Below the pieces are notes generated by a model. The model saw only the letters and a program-made list of their open reading frames with translations. It was not told the DNA's origin and searched no databases. From positions 309,950 to 373,949 of the forward strand of contig NIVC01000692.1 in the NCBI GenBank assembly GCA_002269645.1: DNA of 64,000 nt, given 5' to 3'. The DNA is from Macrostomum lignano. Lineage: Eukaryota. Each line of letters starts with the position of its first letter. Within the stretch, counting starts at the first letter, position 1. Shown one piece after another: positions 37,801-49,900 of this stretch. The position numbers and the translations under genes were made by a program.

Positions 37801-40800
37801 AAATGGGTTGTAAGTGATCCAACAGCAAGGTCCCACTATTCTAATCCCAACTATTGCCAAGGAGTTTTGAATTGAAAGTAGGGACTACTTAAAGTATCTG
37901 CTTCCACCCCTATGCTGGGCATCCAAAGGGTGTCCTGCCAATGCTACAAATGATGTCTTTTGCATCGAGAGTTTTTGATCTATGCAAGGTTAAGACTCCC
38001 TGACTTTAGCTAGGTTTGAGATAGAAGGAACCCACTAGGATTCAACTCCGACATTTTGCAAACTGTCAGTGTAATTTCAGTCCAATTTTTACACGATTTT
38101 CAATGATTTTCATAATCAAATCAAAATATGCCCAAATTTTCTCTGACTTTCGCTTGTTTGTTAGGTCGATGAAATATAGACAAAATTCTGAGTTGTTTTG
38201 GCTTGATTTTCCACCAACATTTCCCCAATTTTCACCCAAATTTGTCTGTAAAATGTCAGTTGAAGTTCGGTGCAGTGTTGGCATGGTTTTTCACTGACAT
38301 TTCTCCGATTTTCACTTAAATTTGTCTGTAAAAAGTCAGTTGAAGTTCGGTGCAGTGTTGGGACACAGTATAAGAGACGCCCAGTACTGGCACAGTATGG
38401 GCTTTTTGCCATTATTTAGCCACTGGAGCCAGGCCCCTCAAAGCCCACTGACTGACTTCCTTACTTTTGAGTCAGTTCGTTTAAAGTTGAAAGTTGGAGT
38501 TGAGTCCCAGCAGGAAAGTTCAGATGAACAATGATTTTAATCCTGTCTGACAAGCAATAGTGCTATGATTGGAAACAATGAAGAACTGGCTTCTATTGTT
38601 TTAGGCTCTGTTCACAGGTTTTAGAATAATAATAGTATCATATACATACAGTTGCATATCTATATTATACCTTAAATCTCTTTAAAATCTGCCAATGGCT
38701 TCAGTTTTGTATCCCTGTAAAGCCCTAGCCTTCTCAATAGCCTGCATGCTTAAAAATTAATAAATCAAAGCAGGACAATTGGATGGCAGATGGCAGAAGT
38801 TGCAGCGCAGTGGTGACTATGTGGAGAAGCTTCAGGACAAGTTGATTAACTTTTAACTGTTCTTTCCTCAGCTTTCATGTTGCGGATGCTTTGTTAATTC
38901 GTTGAATGTTTCGTTGTTTCGTGCATCAGGTACAAAGCTTTGGTCTATGGCAATTTCTAAAAGTAGCACAGGGGGTGGGGCAGAAAAGTGCTCATATCTC
39001 AAGAATGCCAGCAGATAAAGAAATAAACAGAAAGTCATTTTAACGGGCAGATAATTCTCTTTTCAACTGCAAAAGACTTAATATTTCTGATCGGTCAGAA
39101 AAGACTGTAGTGAAGAAAGTGCACCGACTTTTGGGACACCCCTCGTACTAAGCTAAAAGCTAGAAGCTACCTAATTAAGCTAAGAGCTACTTATCTAATT
39201 ATTCTTAATCAATAAGCCAACATATTTACTAGAGTTTTGCCATTTTAGCTAATAAATTAATAATACCTAATTGGAAGCTGTATAATTTTCCTAACTTTAA
39301 TTTTTAAGTTATAAAAAATTATCACAATAGACAAAAAAAACTTGTCAAACCTTTCATTTTCTGTAGGGAGCAAGGACCACAAGTGGATCCAAAAGATTTC
39401 ACAATTGAAAACATTGATGGTGAGGTGGCTGGCCGACTTCCTGGCACTATCAATGGTCAACAGTTTATAATTGCCAATTGCAAGAATTCATCTGTGTACT
39501 TGTTCGATCACATCAACACTATTACTGTTGATGACTGTGAAAACTGCGTCTTCTTTATTGGACCCGTGCAGACCAGGTAGGATGACAGGCAAAGTCCAGG
39601 CAGAAGGAATAAGCCTAGGTGTATAATCTGAATATACTAATAAAAATATTAATTATGACTCGTTAGATGATGAGGCATTTTTATCCGTCACTGCCGTTTG
39701 CCGGGGTGACAGTAGTTTCAGAGCAGTAGAAAAAAAAATATAAAAGCCAAAGCGGAGTTCCAACTTAATGAATTTTTTACAGCATTTTCATTCGTGACTG
39801 CAAGGACTGCAAATTTCTAGTGGCTTGTCAACAGTTTCGAACTCGCGACTGTCAGCGTCTGGACTGCTTTTTGTCTTGCGTTTCTCTACCAATTATTGAA
39901 GCCTCTAGTAAGATGCGATTTGGCCCGTTCTGCTTCTATTATCCGGAACTGTTGGGTGAGATTTTTGCACCTTTCACTGAGCAGTGCTAACTAGTCAGGT
40001 ACGAATCATGAACATATGTTTTTTATTGATTTGCAGGCCAGTTTGAAAACAGCAGTCTCAGCCCATTCAACTGCCACTGGAGTGAAATTCACGACTTTAC
40101 CCCGGTCACTGGGGAGAGCAACTTTACTCTGGTGCCAGATGTGAGTATAGCAGCGTTTTGCGTTCATTTGAGTATATATGAAGCTTTGCATTTTTCATTC
40201 GTTGTAATTAACAGGGCCACTGGTGATTCCCCCACTAGCTAACCCCTTCACTAGATACCCCTACTAGCCGCCCCTTCACTAGATTCCCCCACTAGCTAAC
40301 CCCTTCACTAGATACCCCTACTAGCCGCCCCTTCACTAGATTCCCCCACTAGCTAACCCCTTCACTAGATACCCCTACTAGCCGCCCCTTCACTAGATTC
40401 CCCCACTAGCTAACCCCTTCACTAGATACCCCTACTAGCCGCCCCTTCACTAGATTCCCCCACTAGCTAACCCCTTCACTAGATACCCCTACTAGCCGCC
40501 CCTTCACTAGATTCCCCCACTAGCTAACCCCTTCACTAGATACCCCTACTAGCCGCCCCTTCACTAGATACCCCTACTAGCCAACCCCTTCACTAGATAC
40601 CCCTACTAGCCGCCCCTTCACTAGATTCCCCCACTAGCTAACCCCTTCACTAGATACCCCTACTAGCCGCCCCTTCACTAGATACCCCTACTTGTCACCC
40701 CTTCACTAGATTCCCCCACTAGCCACCCCTTCACTAGATTCCCCCACTAGCCACCCCTTCACTAGATTCCCCCACTAGCTAACCCCTTCACTAGATACCC

Positions 40801-43577
40801 CTACTAGCCGCCCCTTCACTAGATACCCCTACTAGCCAACCCCTTCACTAAATACCCCTACTAGCCAACCCCTTCACTAGATACCCCTACTTGTCACCCT
40901 TCACTAGATTCCCCACTAGCCACCCCTTCACTAGATTCCCCACTAGCCACCCATGTTTTCTCCACCAAGCCACTATTTACTCACCGCAGGGCACGCCAAT
41001 CAGGGATTTCTTTCCTTTAGACGTGCCAGAAAGCCACCAGTTGCACAGCTTCATCAGCCAGAAGGTAAGCACTAAACCTGAGTACAGCGTAGTGCCTCAA
41101 ACGTTCGGCTCTCGTCCCGCCGGCCTCACTGATGAAAAATGCCTAGCCTTAGTGTTCTCCGGCTGGGAGAACGCCGTGGCCCTCATTGCTAAAGCTGCGA
41201 CTAAGCCGGACCTGCGACTCGTGCGCACCTGGCAACTGCAGCTGACCGTTGAGAATGGCCGGCGCCTACTGCAGACTATGCACTATGATGCCCAACTGGC
41301 TAAAGGTGGGTTGCCTACCTGTGCTGCGCCTGTTCTATAGCTGTCATTGGATTTATTAAAGTTTTAACAGTGCTACTGAAAATCCTGTTTAGTGATTGAG
41401 TCTTTGTTTATTTATGTTTGTCTCTGAATCTGTGTGATTTGTCTGTCTCTGAATCTGTTTGTGTCATTTGTCTGTCTCTGAATCCGTGCTATTTGTATGT
41501 CTAAATCTGTATGTTTCATTTGTCTTCTGTCTCTGAATCTGTCTGTCATTTTGTCCACTTCTGAATCTGTACGTGTCATCTGTCTGTCTCTGAATCTGTC
41601 TGTGTCATTTGTCTGTCTCTGAATCTGTCTGTCTGTCTCTAAATCTGTCTGTGCTATTTGTCTGTCTCTGAATCTGTATGTGTCATTTGTCTGTCTCTGA
41701 ATCTGTATGTGTCATTTGTCTGTCTCTGAATCTGTCTGTGCTATTTGTCTGTCTCTGAATCTGTATGTGTCATTTGTCTGTCTTTGAATCTGTCTGTGTC
41801 ATTTGTCTGTCTCTGAATCTGTCTGTGTCATTTGTCTGTCTCTGAATCTGTATGTGTCATTTGTCTGTCTCTGAATCTGTCTGTGCTATTTGTCTGTCTC
41901 TGAATCTGTATGTGTCATTTGTCTGTCTCTGAATCTGTCTGTGCTATTTGTCTGTCTCTGAATCTGTCTGTGCTATTTGTCTGTCTCTGAATCTGTCTGT
42001 GCTATTTGTCTGTCTCTGAATCTGTCTGTGCTATTTGTCTGTCTCTGAATCTGTCTGTGCTATTTGTCTGTCTCTGAATCTGTCTGTGCTATTTGTCTGT
42101 CTCTGAATCTGTCTGTGCTATTTGTCTGTCTCTGAATCTGTCTGTGCTATTTGTCTGTCTCTGAATCTGTCTGTGTCATTTGTCTGTCTCTGAATCTGTC
42201 TGTGCTATTTGTCTGTCTCTGAATCTGTCTGTGTCATTTGTCTGTCTCTGAATCTGTATGTATCATTTGTCTGTCTCTGAATCTGTCTGTGCTATTTGTC
42301 TGTCTCTGAATCTGTATGTGTCATTTGTCTGTCTCTGAATCTGTCTGTGCTATTTGTCTGTCTCTGAATCTGTCTGTGTCATTTGTCTGTCTCTAAATCT
42401 GTCTGTGCTATTTGTCTGTCTCTGAATTTGTCTGTCTCTGAATCTGTCTGTGTCGTTTGTCTGTCTCTGAATCTGTGTGTTATTTTGTCCATCTCTGAAT
42501 CTGTCTGTCATTTTGTCCATCTCTGAATCTGTCTGTCATTTTGTCCATCTCTGAATCTGTCTGTCATTTTGTCCATCTCTGAATCTGTATGTGTCATTTT
42601 GTCCATCTCTGAATCTGTCTGTCATTTTGTCCATCTCTGAATCTGTCTGTCATTTTGTCCATCTCTGAATCTGTATGTGTCATTTTGTCCATCTCTGAAT
42701 CTGTCTGTCATTTTGTCCATCTCTGAATCTGTCTGTCATTTTGTCCATCTCTGAATCTGTATGTGTCATTTTGTCCATCTCTGAATCTGTCTGTCATTTT
42801 GTCCATCTCTGAATCTGTATGTGTCATTTTGTCCATCTCTGAATCTGTCTGTCATTTTGTCCATCTCTGAATCTGTCTGTCATTTTGTCCATCTCTGAAT
42901 CTGTATGTGTCATTTTGTCCATCTCTGAATCTGTCTGTCATTTTGTCCATCTCTGAATCTGTCTGTCATTTTGTCCATCTCTGAATCTGTATGTGTCATT
43001 TTGTCCATCTCTGAATCTGTCTGTCATTTTGTCCATCTCTGAATCTGTCTGTCATTTTGTCCATCTCTGAATCTGTATGTGTCATTTTGTCCATCTCTGA
43101 ATCTGTCTGTCATTTTGTCCATCTCTGAATCTGTCTGTCATTTTGTCCATCTCTGAATCTGTATGTGTCATTTTGTCCATCTCTGAATCTGTCTGTCATT
43201 TTGTCCATCTCTGAATCTGTCTGTCATTTTGTCCATCTCTGAATCTGTATGTGTCATTTTGTCCATCTCTGAATCTGTCTGTCATTTTGTCCATCTCTGA
43301 ATCTGTATGTATCATTTTTAACATTAGTTATTTTGAACCACAAACTGAAGAACTGAACTGTTTTGCAACTCTCGCTGTCTTTATATTATTTCTCAACTCT
43401 GTTTTCCCCACAGGCCCGGTGATCTGCTTGGAATTCAACGGTCCCCAGGTGGTGCCCCTGCTCCAGTCCCTGACTCAGGGTAACGAGGATTTCTACGTGA
43501 GCTCGGATTCCGGCGTGGCCGACCGTCAGCTCGACATCCTTGGCGGCATTGTTGACATGCAGATGAACTCGCAGTAG
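28837..43577 (+). CDS. RP2: Protein XRP2 (retinitis pigmentosa 2 ortholog; ARL3 GAP with TBCC domain and NDK-like domain), about 352 aa
   Basis: Exons 28837-28928, 39367-39576, 39783-39955, 40037-40140, 40990-41305, 43414-43577; phases 2,2,1,0,1 are consistent; 1059 nt. N-terminus MGC (acylation motif), 'FSWEQGPQVDPKDF', 'GRLPGTINGQQFII', Arg-finger 'ACQQFR', 'IHDFTPV', 'GPVICLEFNG'. Confidence 0.95.
29416..29983. mobile_element. 568-bp MITE with 17-bp TIRs and 8-bp TSD
   Basis: TIRs CCAGAATGGAATTCTTG / CAAGAATTCCATCCTGG (16/17). TSD GTGATTTT at 29408-15 and 29984-91. Many TGCGCGC motifs. Confidence 0.85.
30879..31141. mobile_element. 263-bp GC-rich MITE with 15-bp perfect TIRs and 8-bp TSD
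   Basis: TIRs CCCTATTGCAGCCAA / TTGGCTGCAATAGGG. TSD TTAGAACT at 30871-78 and 31142-49. Confidence 0.9.
31288..32536 (-). mobile_element. Full-length inactive mariner element (1249 bp)
   Basis: TA TSDs at 31286-87 and 32537-38; degenerate TIRs CAAGCTAAAGCAATAAG / CTTATTGCTTAGTTCTTG. Transposase pseudogene 32352-31308: MELNRSHFRAMIYYDFKRGL..., WVPYQL, DESWIY, HHNN, HPLYSHNLAPCNFF, ...CIKSAEEYFKKQ*, with multiple stops and frameshifts. Confidence 0.92.
32644..35075 (+). repeat. Intronic direct duplication, copy A
   Basis: Near-identical to 37083-38784; copy A has an extra ~740 bp (about 34013-34750). Confidence 0.95.
35395..37082. mobile_element. ~1.7-kb AT-rich non-autonomous DNA transposon with GGG...CCC termini
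   Basis: TIRs GGGTTATTCCACGA (35395-408) / TCGTGGAATTACCC (37069-82), 13/14. Repeated subterminal motif ACGACC(G/A)TCA. No TSD. Superfamily unassigned. Confidence 0.7.
37083..38784 (+). repeat. Intronic direct duplication, copy B
   Basis: Begins exactly at the base after the right TIR of the 35395-37082 element; matches copy A apart from the ~740-bp gap. Confidence 0.95.
39128..39147. mobile_element. Isolated Tc1/mariner-like TIR end
   Basis: CTTTTGGGACACCCCTCG|TA. A weak counterpart lies near 38968. Confidence 0.3.
40225..40950. repeat. 28/29-bp alternating minisatellite in RP2 intron 4
   Basis: CCCTTCACTAGATTCCCCCACTAGCTAAC alternating with CCCTTCACTAGATACCCCTACTAGCCGC. Confidence 0.95.
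41420..43315. repeat. Two-domain 28-30-bp minisatellite in RP2 intron 5
   Basis: (TTTGTCTGTCTCTGAATCTGTCTGTGCTA)n switches at about 42480 to (TTTTGTCCATCTCTGAATCTGTCTGTCA)n. Confidence 0.96.
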
Positions 43578-43701
43578 CCGATCAGTGCCAGTTCGGCCCA
43601 GCACCATGCGGCTTAAAGTTCAACATTTAGTTCTTATTCCTCGATTTTCTCTGCAAAGACTGGATCTCTGAGTCGGATTTTTACAGTAGCACGTATTAGA
43701 G

Positions 43702-43703
<2 letters not shown>

Positions 43704-43781
<78 letters not shown>
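43704..43781. repeat. (TG)n microsatellite
   Basis: Perfect dinucleotide run downstream of RP2. Confidence 0.98.
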
Positions 43782-43783
<2 letters not shown>

Positions 43784-44989
43784 CGGTCTGCAATGTTTAT
43801 TATTGTAAAGCTTTGTCTCTGCTTTGCTCTCTCTGCTTGTTATAATAATTGAACCTGTGCATGTACACGTATGCGTGCATTACACAAGAACGCGCTCACA
43901 CAGGGTGTACCGTGTACATCGGCCCTGACTTTCTAATTGTCAGGCATGTACACTCTGGGCTTTGGGGGCTGGCTCTCATGGGTGTGAATGGCACGTCAAC
44001 CTCCAGAGCCAGGAGTCGCGGCCCGGGAGTCGGACGCGTTCGCCGCTGAGCTACTCCTTGCCCCCCAATTCCCATTGGGAAGTTACTGGACTAAGACAAG
44101 TATAGTGGCTGTTGCTTATTATGCTAGCTTTAAAGCATTGTGTTATTCACGAGCTATTGGCGTAAATTGTATTTAAAAAGTCTTTGTTGTGTTGACGTTC
44201 CTAAAAGCATACAGAATAAATTTACATGCGCGTTGGCCCGAACACATTTAAGCTTATTGATCACTGCCACGAATTGTGGCATGTAGCAGCAGCGGCTGTG
44301 CCACTGGCTGTACAATTTCAATCCTATTCTTTGATAAATGCCCAGCTTTGTCCATTCGTTTCTGTCTGTTTACTCCTATGCCTAATAATGCATTGCAGTT
44401 TACTAATCAACTTTTTAATAGATTCAGTAGTACAGATATAGTAACAGGGCTACTCGGCTTCTGTGTCAATTGATAAGCATTATTAATTACTTATTTATAT
44501 AGTCGCTTTGGCAACATTCCAATTTTATTCTACTATCCTCTTTCACTATTTATAGCCGGCTTTTGTCTCTGTTTTGCGACCCTGTCCTCATCCGTCCAGT
44601 TAAATTGTCCTACAATTTTTTTTCGGTAAGCCATTTTATTATGCTGTTTTGTACTTGTTGAATCTAATACATTAATGAAGTAAATGCGCTTTACATATTC
44701 CTGTCAGATCAATGCTCAGTGTCTTGTGAACTAATAATTTATAGTTTTTAAGTGCATTGGTCACACTTGGTTCACCTTCAGATATCCATGAAATGATGGT
44801 AGAATCCAGGGCGGAAGATTTGGATATTAAAGTGTTTGAGGATTCTGGAATTATTTGGGATGGGATCTTTTGGTAGTTTCTGTGGGATCTTCTGATTAAG
44901 ACTTACAAAGATATCCTATGACATATATAATGTAAGTTTGGTATGTGGCTTGTTATGATTGAAACTAAAAATACTTTTAAAAGGTGGTG

Positions 44990-46600
44990 GAATATCTGGT
45001 TAGTTTAGGGTTGAATATCTGGTTAGTTTAGGGTTGAATATCTGGTTAGTTTAGGGTTGAATATCTGGTTAGTTTAGGGAGGGATATCTGGTTAGTTTAG
45101 GGTTGAATATCTGGTTAGTTTAGGGTTGAATATCTGGTTAGTTTAGGGAGGGATATCTGGTTAGTTTAGGGTTGAATATCTGGTTAGTTTAGGGTTGAAT
45201 ATCTGGTTAGTTTAGGGAGGGATATCTGGTTAGTTTAGGGTTGAATATCTGGTTAGTTTAGGGTTGAATATCTGGTTAGTTTAGGGAGGGATATCTGGTT
45301 AGTTTAGGGTTGAATATCTGGTTAGTTTAGGGTTGAATATCTGGTTAGTTTAGGGAGGGATATCTGGTTAGTTTAGGGTTGAATATCTGGTTAGTTTAGG
45401 GTTGAATATCTGGTTAGTTTAGGGAGGGATATCTGGTTAGTTTAGGGTTGAATATCTGGTTAGTTTAGGGTGGAATATCTGGTTAGTTTAGGGAGGGATA
45501 TCTGGTTAGTTTAGGGTGGAATATCTGGTTAGTTTAGGGAGGGATATCTGGTTAGTTTAGGGTGGAATATCTGGTTAGTTTAGGGTAGAATATCTGGATA
45601 GTTTAGGGTTGAATATCTGGTTAGTTTAGGGTGGAATATCTGGTTAGTTTAGGGTTGAATATCTGGTTAGTTTAGGGTGGAATATCTGGTTAGTTTAGGG
45701 AGGGATATCTGGTTAGTTTAGGGTGGAATATCTGGATAGTTTAGGGTGGAATATCTGGTTAGTTTAGGGTGGAATATCTGGATAGTTTAGGGAGGGATAT
45801 CTGGTTAGTTTAGGGAGGGATATCTGGTTAGTTTAGGGTGGAATATCTGGTTAGTTTAGGGTAGAATATCTGGTTAGTTTAGGGTGGAATATCTGGATAG
45901 TTTAGGGTGGAATATCTGGTTAGTTTAGGGTGGAATATCTGGATAGTTTAGGGAGGGATATCTGGTTAGTTTAGGGAGGGATATCTGGTTAGTTTAGGGA
46001 GGAATATCTGGTTAGTTTAGGGAGGGATATCTGGTTAGTTTAGGGAGGAATATCTGGTTAGTTTAGGGAGGGATATCTGGTTATTTTAGGGTGGAATATC
46101 TGGTTATTTTAGTGTGAAATGTCTGGTTAGTTTAAGGTAGAATATTTGGTTAGTTTAAGGTGGAATATTTGATTATTTTAGTGTGAAATGTCTGGTTAGT
46201 TTAAGGAGGAATATCTGGTTAGTTTAGGGAGGAATATCTGGTTAGTTTAGGGAGGGATATCTGGTTAGTTTAGGGTGGAATATCTGGTTATTTTAGTGTG
46301 AAATGTCTGGTTAGTTTAAGGTAGAATATTTGGTTAGTTTAAGGTGGAATATTTGATTATTTTAGTGTGAAATGTCTGGTTAGTTTAAGGAGGAATATCT
46401 GGTTAGTTTAAGGAGGAATATCTGGTTAGTTAAGGGTGGAATATTTGGTTAATTTAGGGTGGAATATCTGATTAGTTTAGGGTGGAATGTCTGGATAGTT
46501 TAGGGTGGAATATCCGGTTTGTTTAGGGAGGGATATCTGGTTAGTTTAGGGTGGAATATCCGGTTTGTTTAGGGAAAAAGATTTGCTTAGTTTAGGGTTG
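44990..46600. repeat. 23-bp minisatellite (GGTTAGTTTAGGGTTGAATATCT)n
   Basis: Tandem array; each unit contains TTAGGG; variants arranged in a recurring trimer pattern. Confidence 0.96.
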
Positions 46601-46740
46601 GACCTCAGGGTAGGTTAGGATGTGTTTCCATTTTTAACATGTGGGATATTGTGATAACCTACGAAGGGACCTTGTGATAGTATTGGCTATAGGGCAATAT
46701 GTTTAGATCAGTTCAGATTGGACATACACGCATGCGAGTC

Positions 46741-46853
46741 GCTATTGGCTAAGAGAAGTCACGTGACTAATGCTAAGTCTAATAGCGTGTCAATTACCAG
46801 GTAGAAGCAACAGCTGCACGAATGTGTTAAAATGCAGGCTTGTAGGTATAAAA
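46741..46853 (+). promoter_or_regulatory. Candidate FucTA promoter: inverted CCAAT, GTCACGTGAC E-box, TATAAAA
   Basis: ATTGG at 46744, GTCACGTGAC at 46758-67, TATAAAA at 46847-53, 100-210 bp upstream of the ATG at 46953. Confidence 0.4.
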
Positions 46854-46952
46854 ACTCTTGAATATCTGTTTCAGTCTCGCTGCAGCGCCGAGACAGTGCA
46901 GCAACTGTAGCACCAGCACTTATCAGAGAGAGCCGCAGGGTGTCCCGGCGCT

Positions 46953-49900
46953 ATGGCCAGACAGGCGGACAGCTATACCCGCTTCCTAATCCTGGCCATC
47001 ACATTTGCCGTTGTGCTCAACCTGCACCATCTGCTGTTTGTTACTCAACGGCCCGCGTCAGATCCACGGCGGGTGCAGGCCAATGAACCGGAGTCTGGCT
47101 CGCTAGGAAAGCTGGCGGGGCGCGATAAGCATGAGGGTGAGTAATATTCAGGGTAGTTTTTAATGTGCACACGCGAGATCAGTTGTGTTGAATCAGTGCT
47201 AAAAAACAAAAATTTTTCTATCTTGCCAATGCATTCTGAAGCGACTTTTAAGTCTGCAATTGCGACGTATTTACAGTAGTCCCAATAATTATGCGCACTA
47301 ACCCCAGCAGCTCTGCTTAACTCCCGACTCCCTATAGCTACTATAATATGCAATGGCATTCCAGGCGCCGCCGCCGCTCAGCCAGCTGCAGTGCAGGCCG
47401 CGCCAGCAGGCCATAGCAACAATCCAAAGTCATCCGCATCGAGCTCCGCCTATCCAACTGTACGCGGCGGCGGCCGCCTGCTGGACAATCTGTTTCGCGT
47501 GCAGGGCAACTTCAAGTTTCCCGAATTCAACGAGACCACTATGCTGGCCATCTATCCGAACGAGGTGCCGGCTAGCTACCCGGTGAGGGCCAGGGATCGA
47601 ATCTGGAACCAGATGCGCTACGTGCCAGTAAACGCGGCTACGGGGAAATCTCGGACTAAAACTATCCTGCTTTATAACGGTTTAGGCGGAGAAGGCAACG
47701 GTAGGGAAAGGTTCCAACGGGATAATTGTCCCGTTAGCGATTGCATCATGACTGGAGACCGGAGTCAGGCGGCCACTGCCGATGTGATCATGTGGCAGCA
47801 CTCGGTGTTTAATCCGTTTCACAAGCGGCCGGCCAAGCAGATCTGGGCCGTGTACTTTCTGGAGTCGCCCCATCACACGCCTTCGCTAAACGGATTTGCT
47901 GGCAAAGTGAATTGGACGGCTACTTATCGCAGCGACTCTGTGATAGTGGCTCCGTATTATAAATTCACGCCCTACGTGCACAATGTGTTTGTCAAGACGC
48001 AGACTAAAAACTATGCAAGTGGCAAGACTAAGAAAGTGGCCTGGTTTGTGTCTAATTGCGGAGCTCAGAACGGCCGGCTGGAGTACGCCAGGGAGCTGGG
48101 CAAGCATATTCAGGTTAGTTGCTGATTGTCAGACAGGTTACTTTCTCATTGTCAGGCAGTGCACATTCTGTGCTCCGGGTGCTGACCCTCATAGGCGTAA
48201 ACTGTTGAATTACACAACAGACTTCAGGCCAATTTTCTTACACAATTCACCATGGCCAACTGCTCTGCCCACTGCGTGATCTTAAGTTAATGGCGCTAGC
48301 GCAACTAGTTTTGTCTATGGTCTATGGGGGGTTGTTACCTAGTGGTTAGAGCATCGAACTCACGACTTGAAGGTCAGGGGTTCGATTCCCGATCCCACTG
48401 GAACAATTTGTGTCCTTGAGCAAGACATTTAACTCTGCATTGCTTCAGTTCACCCAGCTGAAAATGGGTGCCAGCATTAGCTGGGGTAATTGAGGGTGTG
48501 TGTGGCGACCCCCCAGTCCTTGGACTGAACCGCCGTACGCAGCCTTCAGATGCGCCGCGCAATAGCTGCGGCTGAGCTGTCGCTTGCACATCTGGCCATC
48601 AGGGCAGGTGTAATCAATTAAATCAATTAATTAATCTATGTCAAAACTGTCAAATCTGACGGTAATTTTACCACTGCGAAATTGAACGGTAAAATGTGTA
48701 TTGACTCGCTCTAATTGAACGGTTGAGAAAGCACAAACAGCAATTGACTCATGGACTTCTCTAGCTAACGTCTGGATTGGAGACAGAAATTTTAGCTCGG
48801 ATTTTTTCCTTAAGAGGCCATGGTTTTGAGGCCTGATCGAGTAGGCGGAACAGATTCTCTTCATATGCTTTATCCGCACAGTTTTGACCATAGACATCAG
48901 ATTGCAAACCTGAAACCCCAAGCCTATGAGCCATGTCATCCTGGCCATGAAGTGGCACCAATTCAAATTCCTATGTTTTTTGCTAGCTAGAGGAGTCCAT
49001 GAATCAACGAGCTGTGTCTGAAATTTATTTTAACTGGCCCTGCTTACATTTAAATAACAAATTGCATATTATTATTGCAACTGAATCATCAGGTTGACAT
49101 CTACGGCGGCTGCGGCACGCACCAGTGCTCCCGTTCGAGATCCGGCGAGTGCTTTCGCCTGCTCGAGAAAGAATACAAATTCTATTTGGCATTTGAGAAT
49201 TCCAATTGTTGGAATTATATTACTGAGAAGTTCTTTCTCAATGGACTGAGGTGAGTTGCATTGCTTTGGATAGAGTGGTTAAGAAGACATTAAGTTTTGT
49301 CATTTATAAGCTAGCTATTACAAGTGAGTTGTAGTCTGAGTGAGATTGGCAAGTTCTACAGAGCCTCCTGCGGCAGCGCTGATCATAGAATAGCCGCCAG
49401 AACAGTAACTGACCACGCGCAGTCCTTGAAGACAGGCCTGTTATTTTTATTATACGCTCGTAAGTAAAACTATATGACCGCTGGCCACATGATAATATAC
49501 ACCTAGTGTACTTCTATCCACAGTAAGTCTACGACAAATTCACTGCCAACCATTTACTTGTCTCATAATCCTTACCCAAAACCTGAACCCTAGCCCTATT
49601 CTAGATCGTCGGCAGTCAAGTGGCTGGCAGTCAAGTGGGTGACTCGTGGTCAAAAGGCTGGCAGTCAAGTGGCTAGTGGTCAAAAGTCTGGCAGTCAAGT
49701 GGCTAGTGGTCAAAAGGCTGGCAGTCAAGTGGCTAGTGGTCAAAAGGCTGGCAGTCAAGTGGCTAGTGGTCAAAAGGCTGGCAGTCAAGTGGCTAGTGGT
49801 CAAAAGGCTGGCAGTCAAGTGGCTAGTGGTCAAAAGGCTGGCAGTCAAGTGGCTAGTGGTCAAAAGGCTGGCAGTCAAGTGGCTAGTGGTCAAAAGGCTG

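Noticed and set aside
41064-41071. Strong donor AAG|GTAAGC inside RP2 exon 5
   Set aside because: Downstream residues (VSTKPEYSVVP) align with human RP2 (VSTEANRSIVP), so the exon continues; could at most be a minor alternative site.
48326-48400. tRNA gene
   Set aside because: A and B boxes are present but no complete cloverleaf or acceptor stem is evident, and it continues into a CORE-like SINE body.
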